NCBI GenBank assembly: GCA_964244895.1
Contig: CAXTKV010000103.1
Location: 1-18,137 of the forward strand
Reading direction: 5' to 3'
From: an uncultured Deinococcales bacterium
GTDB taxonomy: Bacteria > Deinococcota > Deinococci > Deinococcales > JAAFIG01
Length of the DNA stretch: 18,137 bases
The position numbers were made by a program, and so were the translations under genes. The notes below the pieces were generated by a model, which saw only the letters and a program-made list of their open reading frames with translations, had not been told where the DNA came from and did not search any database. This document shows, in pieces, positions 1 through 8,330 of the stretch (position 1 is the stretch's first letter; each line of letters starts with the position of its first letter).

Positions 1-56
1 AGCCCGATTTTCTCGGTGGTCGCCGCTTCACGGAATGAAGGTTGCGCCAGATCAAA

Positions 57-116
57 AGAACACCGTCCAGGACGGTGTTCTCGAGCATTCAGAATTTGTG
101 TCCGGGACGGTTTTTA
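57..116. repeat. 60-bp doublet palindromic element, copy 1
   Basis: AGAACACCGTCC-A-GGACGGTGTTCT (57-81, perfect) plus GAATTTGTGTCC-G-GGACGGTTTTTA (92-116); includes the sseA stop codon. Confidence 0.85.
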
Positions 117-956
117 TTCTTCGCCGGAGGCGACGGGCCGCGTTTCGTCGCTGACCCAGTCCGACCACGATCCGGCGTAGAGTTTCGCGCCGGGTTTTCC
201 GGCGATCTCGAGCGCCAGCAGGTTCCCGGCGGCGGACACGCCGCTGCCGCAGTAAACGATCAGCTCGTCCGGCAGGTCATCGAATCGGGTGCGTTGATCC
301 TGGCTGGGTTTCCAGTGGCCATCGGCGCTCAATCCCGCCGACCAGTCGCGGTTGATCGCGCCGGGAATGTGACCGGCTTTCGGGTCAATCGGTTCCGTCT
401 CGCCCCGGTAACGCGCTGCGGCTCTCGAGTCGATCAGGAGGGCGCTGGCGCGTCTGGATTGCACGAATTCCGCGTCCACTACCATTTCCGCTCGGACGCG
501 CGGCGCGAAGCTCGAGCGCGCGTGCTCGGGCAGCGCCGTCTCGAGCGCACCGCCAGCCTCGATCCAGGCGGGCAATCCACCGTCCAACACGGCCACGCGG
601 TCGTGTCCCAGGTAGCGCAGCAACCACCACAGGTGCGCCGCGTAGAACCCCTGCCCCGCGCTGGGGTCGTCGTAGGCGACGATCAGGTGCTCGTCACCGA
701 TGCCGAGCGCGCCGAGTTTTTCCGCCAGCGCGCTCGGGTCGGGCAACGGGTGGCGTCCACCCCGGCGATCCGGCCTGATGGGGCCAGAAAGATCGCGCTC
801 GAGATCGAGAAAGACCGCCCCAGGCACGTGCCCCGCGCGGTACGCGTCCAATCCCGCGTCGGGCTGCATCAGTTGAAAGCGCGTGTCCACCACGCGCACG
901 TCGATGTCGCGGTGATGCTCGAGCAACCATGCAGCCGATTGAACCGGTGAATTCAT
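114..956 (-). CDS. sseA: Sulfurtransferase (SseA/3-mercaptopyruvate sulfurtransferase-like, tandem rhodanese)
   Basis: Two rhodanese domains (GHVPGAV, GHIPGAIN), GRHPLP motif, active-site loop YCGSGVSA, C-terminal LYAGSWSDW signature. Confidence 0.9.
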   Translation of the reverse strand: MNSPVQSAAWLLEHHRDIDVRVVDTRFQLMQPDAGLDAYRAGHVPGAVFLDLERDLSGPIRPDRRGGRHPLPDPSALAEKLGALGIGDEHLIVAYDDPSAGQGFYAAHLWWLLRYLGHDRVAVLDGGLPAWIEAGGALETALPEHARSSFAPRVRAEMVVDAEFVQSRRASALLIDSRAAARYRGETEPIDPKAGHIPGAINRDWSAGLSADGHWKPSQDQRTRFDDLPDELIVYCGSGVSAAGNLLALEIAGKPGAKLYAGSWSDWVSDETRPVASGEE

Positions 957-990
957 GTCCTGAACAGTTTAAACCGCGTAGCGTGTACGC

Positions 991-1686
991 ATGACCTATC
1001 ACGTGGACGCGCTGGCGGACGACGCTTGGAGGATGTTCCGGATCATCGGTGAGTTCGCCATCGGTTTTGAAACCATGCGCGAACTCGAGAAACCCGCCGT
1101 GACCGTCTTCGGTTCCGCGCGCACCAAACCCGGTGAACCGACCTACGCGCAGGCGGAAAGCCTCGGGCGGTTGCTGGCGCACAGCGGCTTCGCGGTCATC
1201 ACGGGCGGCGGCCCCGGCATCATGGAAGCCGTCAACAAGGGTGCGTTCCAGGCGGGTGGCGTCAGCATCGGCATGAACATCGAACTCAAGCACGAGCAGC
1301 GCCCGAACATCTACCAGACCAAATCGCTCTCCTTCGAGCATTTCTTTGCCCGCAAGGTCATGCTGGTGCGCTACGCGAGGGGTTTCGTGGTCATGCCGGG
1401 CGGTTTCGGCACGCTGGACGAACTGGCGGAATGCCTGACGCTGATCCAGACGATGAAAGTCCATCCGTTCCCGGTTTTTCTGGTCGGGTCGGCGTTCTGG
1501 GCTCCGCTCAGGGGCTGGATGGAATCGCAGTTGGTGACCAACGGATTCATCGCTGCGGATGACCTGAACCTGTTCAAGATCGTGGATGACATCGAAGAAA
1601 TTCCCGAGACGATCCGGCGTTATCACGACCCGGAACAGCCCGACGAGTTCAAGCACCCGGAGCCGGAAGTCTCGGATCTGCTGTAG
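991..1686 (+). CDS. LOG family protein (TIGR00730-type nucleotide 5'-monophosphate nucleosidase)
   Basis: VTVFGSART, ITGGGPGIME, FFARK and PGGFGTLDE motifs; TAGCGT 6 nt before ATG. Confidence 0.92.
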   Translation: MTYHVDALADDAWRMFRIIGEFAIGFETMRELEKPAVTVFGSARTKPGEPTYAQAESLGRLLAHSGFAVITGGGPGIMEAVNKGAFQAGGVSIGMNIELKHEQRPNIYQTKSLSFEHFFARKVMLVRYARGFVVMPGGFGTLDELAECLTLIQTMKVHPFPVFLVGSAFWAPLRGWMESQLVTNGFIAADDLNLFKIVDDIEEIPETIRRYHDPEQPDEFKHPEPEVSDLL

Positions 1687-1746
1687 AGAAGACCGTCTGG
1701 AAAGGTTTTCTCGAGCCCCGAAAATATGCGTCTGGGGCGGTCTTCT
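1687..1746. repeat. 60-bp doublet palindromic element, copy 2
   Basis: AGAAGACCGTCT-G-GAAAGGTTTTCT plus AAATATGCGTCT-G-GGGCGGTCTTCT; abuts the LOG stop. Confidence 0.85.
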
Positions 1747-1860
1747 CGGGCAATCAGTTTTCGTGGGGCGCGATCTGATCTATCGCGCCCGAGTGGTCTG
1801 GAAACTCGCGCCTCGCTTACGGCAGCGCTCGCGCGGATGCGTCTCGTTTAGAATCGCAAC

Positions 1861-2046
1861 GTGAGCGAGTCACGAGACGAACCGCGTCTATCGCAGGGCG
1901 AATTCTTGCGGCGGCGCAACGCGTTGTGGCGTCAACTGCGCGCCTTTGAACCCGGCGAAGCGCGCGCCGAACCCGTCATGCTCGAGTTGATGCGGCTGAC
2001 GAATCTCAGCCGCGAAAAGATTCTCGAGGGCCTGGGCTGGGCGTGA
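1861..2046 (+). CDS. Small hypothetical protein (61 aa, helical)
   Basis: TAGAAT exactly 6 nt before the GTG start (leaderless signature); protein-like composition; fills the gap between LOG and the GlcG-like gene. Confidence 0.7.
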   Translation: MSESRDEPRLSQGEFLRRRNALWRQLRAFEPGEARAEPVMLELMRLTNLSREKILEGLGWA

Positions 2047-2078
2047 TGCGCGAGCCTCGAGATGCGTATGATGGCCCG

Positions 2079-2103
2079 AGAATTTCGTCTCAGACGGTGT
2101 TTC
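2079..2103. repeat. Single 25-bp unit of the palindromic element
   Basis: AGAATTTCGTCT-C-AGACGGTGTTTC just upstream of the GlcG-like gene RBS. Confidence 0.7.
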
Positions 2104-2117
2104 CAAAAGGAGCGACC

Positions 2118-2534
2118 ATGCACACCACGAAAAACATCGGTCACGCGGAGGCGCAATGCGCGATCACGGTGATTCAATCCGAGATCGAACGGCGCGGTAA
2201 AGCGGGCGTGATCGCCGTGGCGGACGCGCACGGCGAGTTGATCGCGCTGTTGCGGATGGACGGTGCGATGCTCGCCAGCATCGTGATCGCCACCAACAAG
2301 GCGTTTACCGCCGCGCGCGAACGCAAGCCCACGCGTGAGATCGGGCAAGCCTCGAGGGACGCCGTGACGGGTTTCGACACGCGATACTTCGGGGACGACC
2401 GCTACATCGGCTGGGGCGGCGGGTTGCCGGTGTGGGTTGATGGCGCCTGCGTCGGTGCGGTCGCGGTCAGCGGTCTGCCTGAGGAGATGGACATCGAACT
2501 CGCACAGATGGGCGTCGCGGCGATCTCGAGCTGA
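2118..2534 (+). CDS. GlcG/HbpS family heme-binding protein
   Basis: IAVADAHG, LRMDGA, IATNKAFTA, GGGLPV, VGAVAVSG motifs; AAGGAG RBS before ATG 2118. Confidence 0.88.
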   Translation: MHTTKNIGHAEAQCAITVIQSEIERRGKAGVIAVADAHGELIALLRMDGAMLASIVIATNKAFTAARERKPTREIGQASRDAVTGFDTRYFGDDRYIGWGGGLPVWVDGACVGAVAVSGLPEEMDIELAQMGVAAISS

Positions 2535-2600
2535 ACGTGGCGGCGCGGCAAGCAGCGTCCTGCCCTTTGCGCGACGGGTATCTCAGACGGCGCTCCCAAG

Positions 2601-2660
2601 AGAAGACCGTCCCGCACGCATATTTTGAAATGGAAAGAACACCGTCCCAGACGGTGTTCT
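2601..2660. repeat. 60-bp doublet palindromic element, copy 3
   Basis: AGAAGACCGTCC-C-GCACGCATATTT plus AGAACACCGTCC-C-AGACGGTGTTCT, between convergent genes. Confidence 0.9.
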
Positions 2661-2678
2661 CGAAAAAAGCGCTTTGGT

Positions 2679-4352
2679 TTACGCGGTCGGCAGTTGGTAC
2701 CCCTTGAACTGGTCGCGCAGGGCGCGCTTCAGGAATTTGCCCACGGTCGTCTTCGGAATCTCCGCGACGAATTCGTAGGCGTCGGGCAGCTGCCATTTGG
2801 CCACGCCGCAACCCAACAAGAACCCGTCCAGTTCGGATTTGCTGACTTCCGCACCTTCGCGCAGCACGATCACACCCAGGGGGCGCTCGTCCCATTTCGG
2901 GTGCGGAATGGCGATCACGGCGGCTTCCTTGACGGCGGGGTGGCCCATCAGTTGGTTCTCGAGATCCACGCTGCTGATCCATTCGCCGCCGGATTTGATC
3001 AGGTCTTTGGCCCGATCCTGAATCATCATCGCGCCGTCCGCGTCGATGGTGGCGATGTCGGCTGTGTCGAACCAGCCGTCCACCTGCGTGGCGGCGGTCG
3101 CTTCGGGGTTGGCATAATAGCTGGCCGTGACCCACGGGCCGCGCACCAGCAGGCGGCCCCTGGTTTCGCCGTCCCAGGCCAGTTCTTTGCCGTCGCCGTC
3201 CACGATTTTCAATTCGATCAGCGGAGCCATGCGGCCCGTGTAGGTCATCTTCTCGTATTTCGTCTCCGGGTCATCGTTGAAATCCTCGGGTTTGACCGTG
3301 TTGGTCGTGCCCAACGGCGTGGTTTCCGTCATGCCCCAGGCGGGCGTGACGTGAACGCCGTGCCGAGCGCCGAAGCCAGAGATCAGGGCTTTCGGGGTCG
3401 AACTGCCGCCGACCACCAGCGTTTTGAGGGTCGGCAGGTGGTAGGGCTTTCCCTCGTTCTTGGCGCGATCCATCTCGTCCAGCAAGCCCAACCAGATCGT
3501 CGGTACGCCCGCCGCGACGTTGACGCCCTCTTCGGCGATCGTCCTGACGATGGTTTTCGGATCGGTGAAAACGCTCATGTAGACCTGCTTTGCGCCCGTC
3601 ATGGTGCAGGTGTACGGGTAACCCCAGGCGTTGACGTGAAACATCGGCACGACCGGCATGATCGTGTCGCGCGAATTCACGCCCAACAGGTCGGTGGCCA
3701 TGCTGGCCAGGCTGTGCAGCACGATGGCGCGGTGGCTGTAGAGCACGCCTTTCGGGTGGCCGGTCGTGCCGGAGGTGTAGCACATGCCGCTGGCCTGGCG
3801 CTCGTCGATGAACGGGTAGGTGAAGGTCGTGGGTTGTCCCGCGATGAACGTCTCGTAATCCTCCGCGCCCGCCGGAAGGCCGCCTGGAACGGAGCCGAGC
3901 ACGATGATTCGCTCAATTTTCGGGGCGTGCTGTTGAATCAACGGGATCAAACCCGCGAAGACGCTCTCGATGAACAGCATCCTGTCGGCGGCGTGGTTCA
4001 GGATGAACGCGATCTGCTCGGGTGGCAGACGGATGTTGACCATGTGGCAGACCGCCCCGATGCTGGGAACGCCGAAGTACAGCTCGTAATGGCGGTAGGT
4101 GTTGAGCGCCATCGTGGCCACGCGGTCGCCGGGTTGCACGCCCGCCGCCGTCAGCGCGTTGGCGAGTTGCATGACGCGCGGGTACGTCTCGGCGTAGGTC
4201 GTGCGGTGCACGCCGGGCACGGGCGCTTTGGTTTCCGGGTCGATGCCGACCGGAACGACAGAAACGATTTCCTGGTTCGGGTACAGCTTGACCGCCCGTT
4301 CCAGGATCGAGGGAATGGTCAACTGGTAATCCATCATGGTGGACTCGAGCAC
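2679..4352 (-). CDS. Long-chain fatty acid--CoA ligase (AlkK/DmdB-like AMP-binding enzyme)
   Basis: YTSGTTGHPKG P-loop, WGMTE, DRAKDLIKSGGEWI, PKTTVGK; start placed at GTG 4352 (MLESTMMDYQLTI) behind GAGGAGG. Confidence 0.92.
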   Translation of the reverse strand: MLESTMMDYQLTIPSILERAVKLYPNQEIVSVVPVGIDPETKAPVPGVHRTTYAETYPRVMQLANALTAAGVQPGDRVATMALNTYRHYELYFGVPSIGAVCHMVNIRLPPEQIAFILNHAADRMLFIESVFAGLIPLIQQHAPKIERIIVLGSVPGGLPAGAEDYETFIAGQPTTFTYPFIDERQASGMCYTSGTTGHPKGVLYSHRAIVLHSLASMATDLLGVNSRDTIMPVVPMFHVNAWGYPYTCTMTGAKQVYMSVFTDPKTIVRTIAEEGVNVAAGVPTIWLGLLDEMDRAKNEGKPYHLPTLKTLVVGGSSTPKALISGFGARHGVHVTPAWGMTETTPLGTTNTVKPEDFNDDPETKYEKMTYTGRMAPLIELKIVDGDGKELAWDGETRGRLLVRGPWVTASYYANPEATAATQVDGWFDTADIATIDADGAMMIQDRAKDLIKSGGEWISSVDLENQLMGHPAVKEAAVIAIPHPKWDERPLGVIVLREGAEVSKSELDGFLLGCGVAKWQLPDAYEFVAEIPKTTVGKFLKRALRDQFKGYQLPTA

Positions 4353-4522
4353 GGTCTGAACCTCCTCTGGATCGTCGCGGTCTGGTGTGGAAGTCCTCGA
4401 GATCGCTGGTTGTGGTGTGCCCACACTATACGCACGCCGATGCCCGAACGGGCGTGAGCGCCGACCCGATTGGGCTCAAAGATCCCTGTTCGTGCGCGGA
4501 TTGCTTCAGACTTGTCGCTTTG

Positions 4523-4582
4523 AGAAGACCGTCCGGGACGCGGGTTTTGATGAACCGAGAACGCCGTCCAGGACGGTCTTCT
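4523..4582. repeat. 60-bp doublet palindromic element, copy 4
   Basis: AGAAGACCGTCC-G-GGACGCGGGTTT plus AGAACGCCGTCC-A-GGACGGTCTTCT. Confidence 0.9.
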
Positions 4583-4598
4583 TTTTAATCTCGAGCAT

Positions 4599-4625
4599 AA
4601 AAAAGGCGACCCGAAGGCCGCCTTT
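4599..4625 (-). terminator. Rho-independent terminator after osmC
   Basis: Minus strand AAAGGCGGCC-TTCG-GGTCGCC-TTTTTT (UUCG loop plus U tract). Confidence 0.85.
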
Positions 4626-4641
4626 GAGCTTCACGTTTGTC

Positions 4642-5064
4642 TTAGAGAAGTTGCGCGTCGAGTTCCATCGGCACGGCGGAAAGCGCCTGGGACACGATGC
4701 AGCCCGTCTTGGTGGCTTCCGCCATCTCGTGGAATTTGGCGGCGTCCAATCCCGGAACTTTCGCTTTGGTCGTCAGTTTGAGCCCGGTGATGCCCATGCC
4801 CTCACCGACCTTGCCGAGCGTGCAAGCGCCCTCGGTCTCGACGAACTCCGCCACGAAACCTGCGCGCTCGAGCGCCGCGTTGAGCGCCATGCTGTAACAG
4901 CCCGCGTGCGCGGCGGCCAGCAGTTCTTCCGGGTTGGTGCCGGGGCCGTCCTCGAAGCGGCTCGAGAAGGCGTAACGCATGTCCAGCCCGCTCTGTCCGG
5001 TCAGGTGACCTCGACCTTCTTTGAGCGTCCCTTCCCACTTGGCGACGGCTTTCCTGGTTGGCAT
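4642..5064 (-). CDS. osmC: OsmC family peroxiredoxin
   Basis: WEGTLKEGRG, GTNPEELLAAAHAGCYSMAL, second Cys in GCIVSQAL; AAAGGAGG RBS before ATG 5064. Confidence 0.93.
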   Translation of the reverse strand: MPTRKAVAKWEGTLKEGRGHLTGQSGLDMRYAFSSRFEDGPGTNPEELLAAAHAGCYSMALNAALERAGFVAEFVETEGACTLGKVGEGMGITGLKLTTKAKVPGLDAAKFHEMAEATKTGCIVSQALSAVPMELDAQLL

Positions 5065-5157
5065 GGTGTTCCTCCTTTGAATCCTCACTGAGGATGCTCG
5101 CCCGAGATGAATCGGAAGTGTGTAGTCCGGGCTTCAGGGTTCTCGAGGGCGGCTCTT

Positions 5158-6144
5158 TTACTTGACCTGAAGGTTGCGCGTCAAAAACGCGTTCGTGTAC
5201 AACGATGCCCGAGGGATTGGTGCCGCGATCCGACCCGTGGCGGTCAGCAAATCCAGCGTGTCTTGCCATCCGCTCGGGTTGCTGAACCCCAATCCCTGCG
5301 CCTTGCTGTACGGCGATTCGTAAAGCGGTACGCTCGCCTCGAGCACCTTCAGGCGGTCTTCGGGCAGGGTCTGAACGTACTTTTTGGCGGCATCGAAGCC
5401 TGCCTTCGGAGATTTGATAACCGCCGCCATCGCCTGCTGGGACGCGCCCAGGAAACGCTTGACCAGATCGGCGTTCTTCAATTGCGCGTCCGTCGTGATC
5501 ACCCCGTTGCCCGCCGAACGGTTGTACCTGCCCGCCGGGATGACGTTCAGCTTGATGCCCTGCGCGGCGGCCTGCACGGGTTCGTTGTTGATGAAGCCCA
5601 TCGCCACGTCCACCCGGCCTGCCAGCACCGCCTCGAGTTGCGTGAAGCCGATTTCGGTGATGGTCACGTCCGATTCCTTGAGGTTGGCGGCCCGCAGCGT
5701 GGCCTGCAAGCTCGTCCAGGTCGTGCCAAACTTGCCGGGCACGCCGATGTTCTTGCCTTTGAGATCCTTGATGGTTTTGATGTTCTTTTCCGCTTTCGAA
5801 AACAGCGCGTTCGGCACGCTCTGGTAGAGCGCCATGACGTACTTGAAGGGCGCGGCTTTGGCGTCCTTGGCGCGAAGCAAAATCACGTCCTCGGCGTCCG
5901 CCACCACGAAATCGAGCTTGCCCGCCGCCAGCAGCGGGTAGAGTTCCGTGGCGTAACCGTGCTGGAATTCGACCTGAAGGTTCTCCTTGGCGTAAAAGCC
6001 GCCCTCTTGCGCCAGGTAAAATGGTGCGAATTGCACGTCTGGCAAGTAGCCCAGGCCCACGCGCAGTTTCTGCGGTTGCGTCTGAGACAGCGCCAACGAT
6101 CCAACGGCCATCAATCCGATCAATACGGCGACACACTTTCGCAT
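5158..6144 (-). CDS. ribY: ABC transporter substrate-binding protein, NMT1/THI5-like, probable riboflavin-binding RibY
   Basis: Signal peptide, GLGYLPDVQFAPFYLA and DLKGKNIGVPGKFG typical of NMT1/SsuA-like SBPs; directly downstream of an FMN riboswitch; GAGGAG RBS. Confidence 0.8.
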   Translation of the reverse strand: MRKCVAVLIGLMAVGSLALSQTQPQKLRVGLGYLPDVQFAPFYLAQEGGFYAKENLQVEFQHGYATELYPLLAAGKLDFVVADAEDVILLRAKDAKAAPFKYVMALYQSVPNALFSKAEKNIKTIKDLKGKNIGVPGKFGTTWTSLQATLRAANLKESDVTITEIGFTQLEAVLAGRVDVAMGFINNEPVQAAAQGIKLNVIPAGRYNRSAGNGVITTDAQLKNADLVKRFLGASQQAMAAVIKSPKAGFDAAKKYVQTLPEDRLKVLEASVPLYESPYSKAQGLGFSNPSGWQDTLDLLTATGRIAAPIPRASLYTNAFLTRNLQVK

Positions 6145-6311
6145 TCGTGCTCCTCTGGTTTTTCATCTGAGATTCGCGCAGCCCGAGACGGTTCAGGGCA
6201 GCGCACGAAGACCCGAGCGAGACTCGCTCGAGCTGGACGGGTCGGGATTCAATCAAAAACTTCGCGCGCTCCGCATGCGTCGTTCCCGAACCTGGACGGG
6301 TTCGAGAACCC

Positions 6312-6468
6312 TCCTTCTCTCATCCCGACTGTGACGGTCGGCTCCCGAATTTCACGGGATCGGGCTCGAGTGCGTATCAATTCTCGAGCTTCGCGGGCTG
6401 GCGCTGAACGCATTCTGGACGCGTTGATCGCTCACCGCCGGTGAGGACTTGCGCCTCGCCCTGAAGGA
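6312..6468 (-). promoter_or_regulatory. FMN riboswitch (RFN element) aptamer
   Basis: Minus strand TCCTTCAGGGCGAGGCGCAAGTCCTCACCGGCGGT...AGCCCGCGA...GATCCCGTGAAATTCGGGAGCCGACCGTCACAGTCGGGATGAGAGAAGGA matches the conserved RFN blocks; P1 TCCTTC/GAAGGA. Confidence 0.93.
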
Positions 6469-6597
6469 ACGAACCTTTCGGTTCCGAATGATTTTATCAA
6501 GCCAGATGGGAGGATTGTCCGTTCCCGCCGAGACGTTCCGCGTTTCTCGCTCGAGCCACGGTGATCCCGAACGCGAATGCTCGAGGAATCCTTTGCG

Positions 6598-6657
6598 GGA
6601 ACACCGTCCAGCACGCGAATTTTGCGTCTCCAGGAATGCCGTCTGGGACGGTGTTCC
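6598..6657. repeat. 60-bp doublet palindromic element, copy 5
   Basis: GGAACACCGTCC-A-GCACGCGAATTT plus GGAATGCCGTCT-G-GGACGGTGTTCC. Confidence 0.9.
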
Positions 6658-6760
6658 TCGTGCGCCGTGCGAATCTCCGTCGCGCTGGTGGCTCGATCCC
6701 GAGTGAATCGCTCCCGCCGAGGGCGAACGCGAGGCGGGCTCTACAACCCGTCTCGGACCT

Positions 6761-8281
6761 TCACCGTCTGCGGTAGCGCAAAACCCAGACCTCGAGCAGA
6801 CTCACGACCCCGTACAGCGCGCAACCCAGCACGATCAACGCACCCACGGCGGCGTAAGCCGTGCTGGTGTTGAAGGTCAGGCGCGCGCTGTTGACGATGT
6901 GTCCCAGCCCGCCGACCGTTTTGGGCATCGCGCCCAGCGTCAATTCCGCCACGACCGTGCCGATCAAGGCCAGCGATACCGTGCTGCGCAGCCCGCCCAG
7001 GATCACCGGCAGCGCGCCGGGAAGCTCGAGCTTGCGGAACACGCCCCAGGGGTTCGAGCCGATGGTGGTGAAGACCTCGCGGTAGACGCGATCCACCTCG
7101 CGCACGCCGATCATGGTGGACACCAGCACGGGAAACAACGACACCAGCGTGGCGATCAAGACCCTGGAATTCGTGCCGTAGCCGAGCGTGAAGACCAGCA
7201 ACGGCGCGATCACGATGGTCGGAACGGCCTGCAAGGCCACGATGAACGGCGAGAGCACGCGCTCGAAGACGCGCGCCTTGCCCATCGCGTAACCCAGAGG
7301 TACGCCGATGGCCAGCGAGCACGCCAGACCCAGCCCGAAGACGCGCAGCGTCTCGAGCGCGCCCGCCCACAGCAGCGCCCGGTTCTCGATGCCCGCGCGC
7401 CAGACCTCGCCGGGGCTGGGGAAAAACGTGTTGCCGCCCGGCGCGAGCCAGCTCCAGGCGACCAGCACCAGGTTGATCAGCGCCAGCACGCCCAGGATTT
7501 CCCACGGGAAGCGCACCGCGCGCGGCGGGCGCTCGATGAAGGTCGAATCGGCCACGCCCAGCCGCGAGCGCAGTTCGGCCTCCAGGGGTTCCGTGAAGGC
7601 CGTCAAGCGTCCCTCGCCGTGCGTTTCGAGTACCGTTTCGATGGTGCCGTCCCGCAGCACCACCACCCGATCCGCCAAATAGACGGCCTCGCGGATGCTG
7701 TGCGTCACCAGCACGAAAGTCTTGCCGGTGCGCTGATGCAGTCCCTTCATCTCGAGGTTGAAGCGCTCGCGCACCAGCGCGTCCAGGGCCGCGAAGGGTT
7801 CGTCCAGCAGGAGCACCTGCGCGTCCTGCGCCAGCGCCCGCGCGATCGCCGCGCGGGCCTTCATGCCGCCGGAAAGCTGGTGCGGGTACAGGTTCTTGTA
7901 GGGCTCCATCCCGACGTAGGTCGTGACCTCGCCGCGACCGGTCAGTTCGATCGGCAGGCGCACGTTCTGCTCGACCGTGCGCCACGGCAGCAATCGGTAA
8001 TCCTGAAAGACCACGGCGGGTCGCGGCCCGCCCTGCAAAGGGTCTCGGCCTTCGACCTCGACCGCGCCGGAATCGGGTTTCAAGAGTCCCGCGATCACGC
8101 GCAAAAGCGTGCTCTTGCCGCCGCCCGATGGCCCGATGATGGCGATGAACTCGCCGCGCCGGATTTGCAGATTCACGTCGCGCAGCACGGTGCGGCCATC
8201 AAATTCCAGGGTCGCGCGATTCAGCCGAATCGCGGTCTCTCGCGTCGCAGTCGGGTTCGCACTGATGGACTGCTCGCTCAC
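6761..8281 (-). CDS. Fused ABC ATP-binding domain plus permease (NitT/TauT/SsuBC type), probable riboflavin transporter partner
   Basis: Walker A GPSGGGKS, Q-loop VFQD, LSGGM, Walker B LLLDE and VTH, followed in frame by hydrophobic helices and an EAA-like loop (VREVDRVYREVFTTIG...LELPGALP); start at GTG 8281, 7 nt after TATCAT. Confidence 0.85.
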   Translation of the reverse strand: MSEQSISANPTATRETAIRLNRATLEFDGRTVLRDVNLQIRRGEFIAIIGPSGGGKSTLLRVIAGLLKPDSGAVEVEGRDPLQGGPRPAVVFQDYRLLPWRTVEQNVRLPIELTGRGEVTTYVGMEPYKNLYPHQLSGGMKARAAIARALAQDAQVLLLDEPFAALDALVRERFNLEMKGLHQRTGKTFVLVTHSIREAVYLADRVVVLRDGTIETVLETHGEGRLTAFTEPLEAELRSRLGVADSTFIERPPRAVRFPWEILGVLALINLVLVAWSWLAPGGNTFFPSPGEVWRAGIENRALLWAGALETLRVFGLGLACSLAIGVPLGYAMGKARVFERVLSPFIVALQAVPTIVIAPLLVFTLGYGTNSRVLIATLVSLFPVLVSTMIGVREVDRVYREVFTTIGSNPWGVFRKLELPGALPVILGGLRSTVSLALIGTVVAELTLGAMPKTVGGLGHIVNSARLTFNTSTAYAAVGALIVLGCALYGVVSLLEVWVLRYRRR

Positions 8282-8330
8282 AGGCCAGATGATACGCCGC
8301 GCACGGCCAGAAACCGTGTCTCGAGCCCAA

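Noticed and set aside
1766..1790. GGGCGCGAT/ATCGCGCCC 9-bp hairpin after LOG
   Set aside because: Single copy without a U tract; cannot be distinguished from chance in GC-rich DNA
2043..2117. Longer GlcG-like start at GTG 2043 (GTGA overlap)
   Set aside because: ATG 2118 has a strong AAGGAG RBS and gives a typical family length; the extension runs through a repeat unit
2601..2660. Doublets as simple Rho-independent terminators or classical TSD-flanked MITEs
   Set aside because: Most lack U tracts, they also occur between divergent genes, and no flanking direct repeats or DDE transposase were seen
4353..4424. CoA-ligase start at GTG 4424
   Set aside because: It abuts a TATAGT -10-like box with no spacer; GTG 4352 has GAGGAGG and a family-like N-terminus
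2625..4457. 610-aa plus-strand ORF and similar long ORFs (42..950, 5107..6444, 6899..8359, 11858..12967, 15117..16298, 4802..6256)
   Set aside because: Antisense or alternate-frame shadows of recognisable genes, expected at high GC; no motifs of their own
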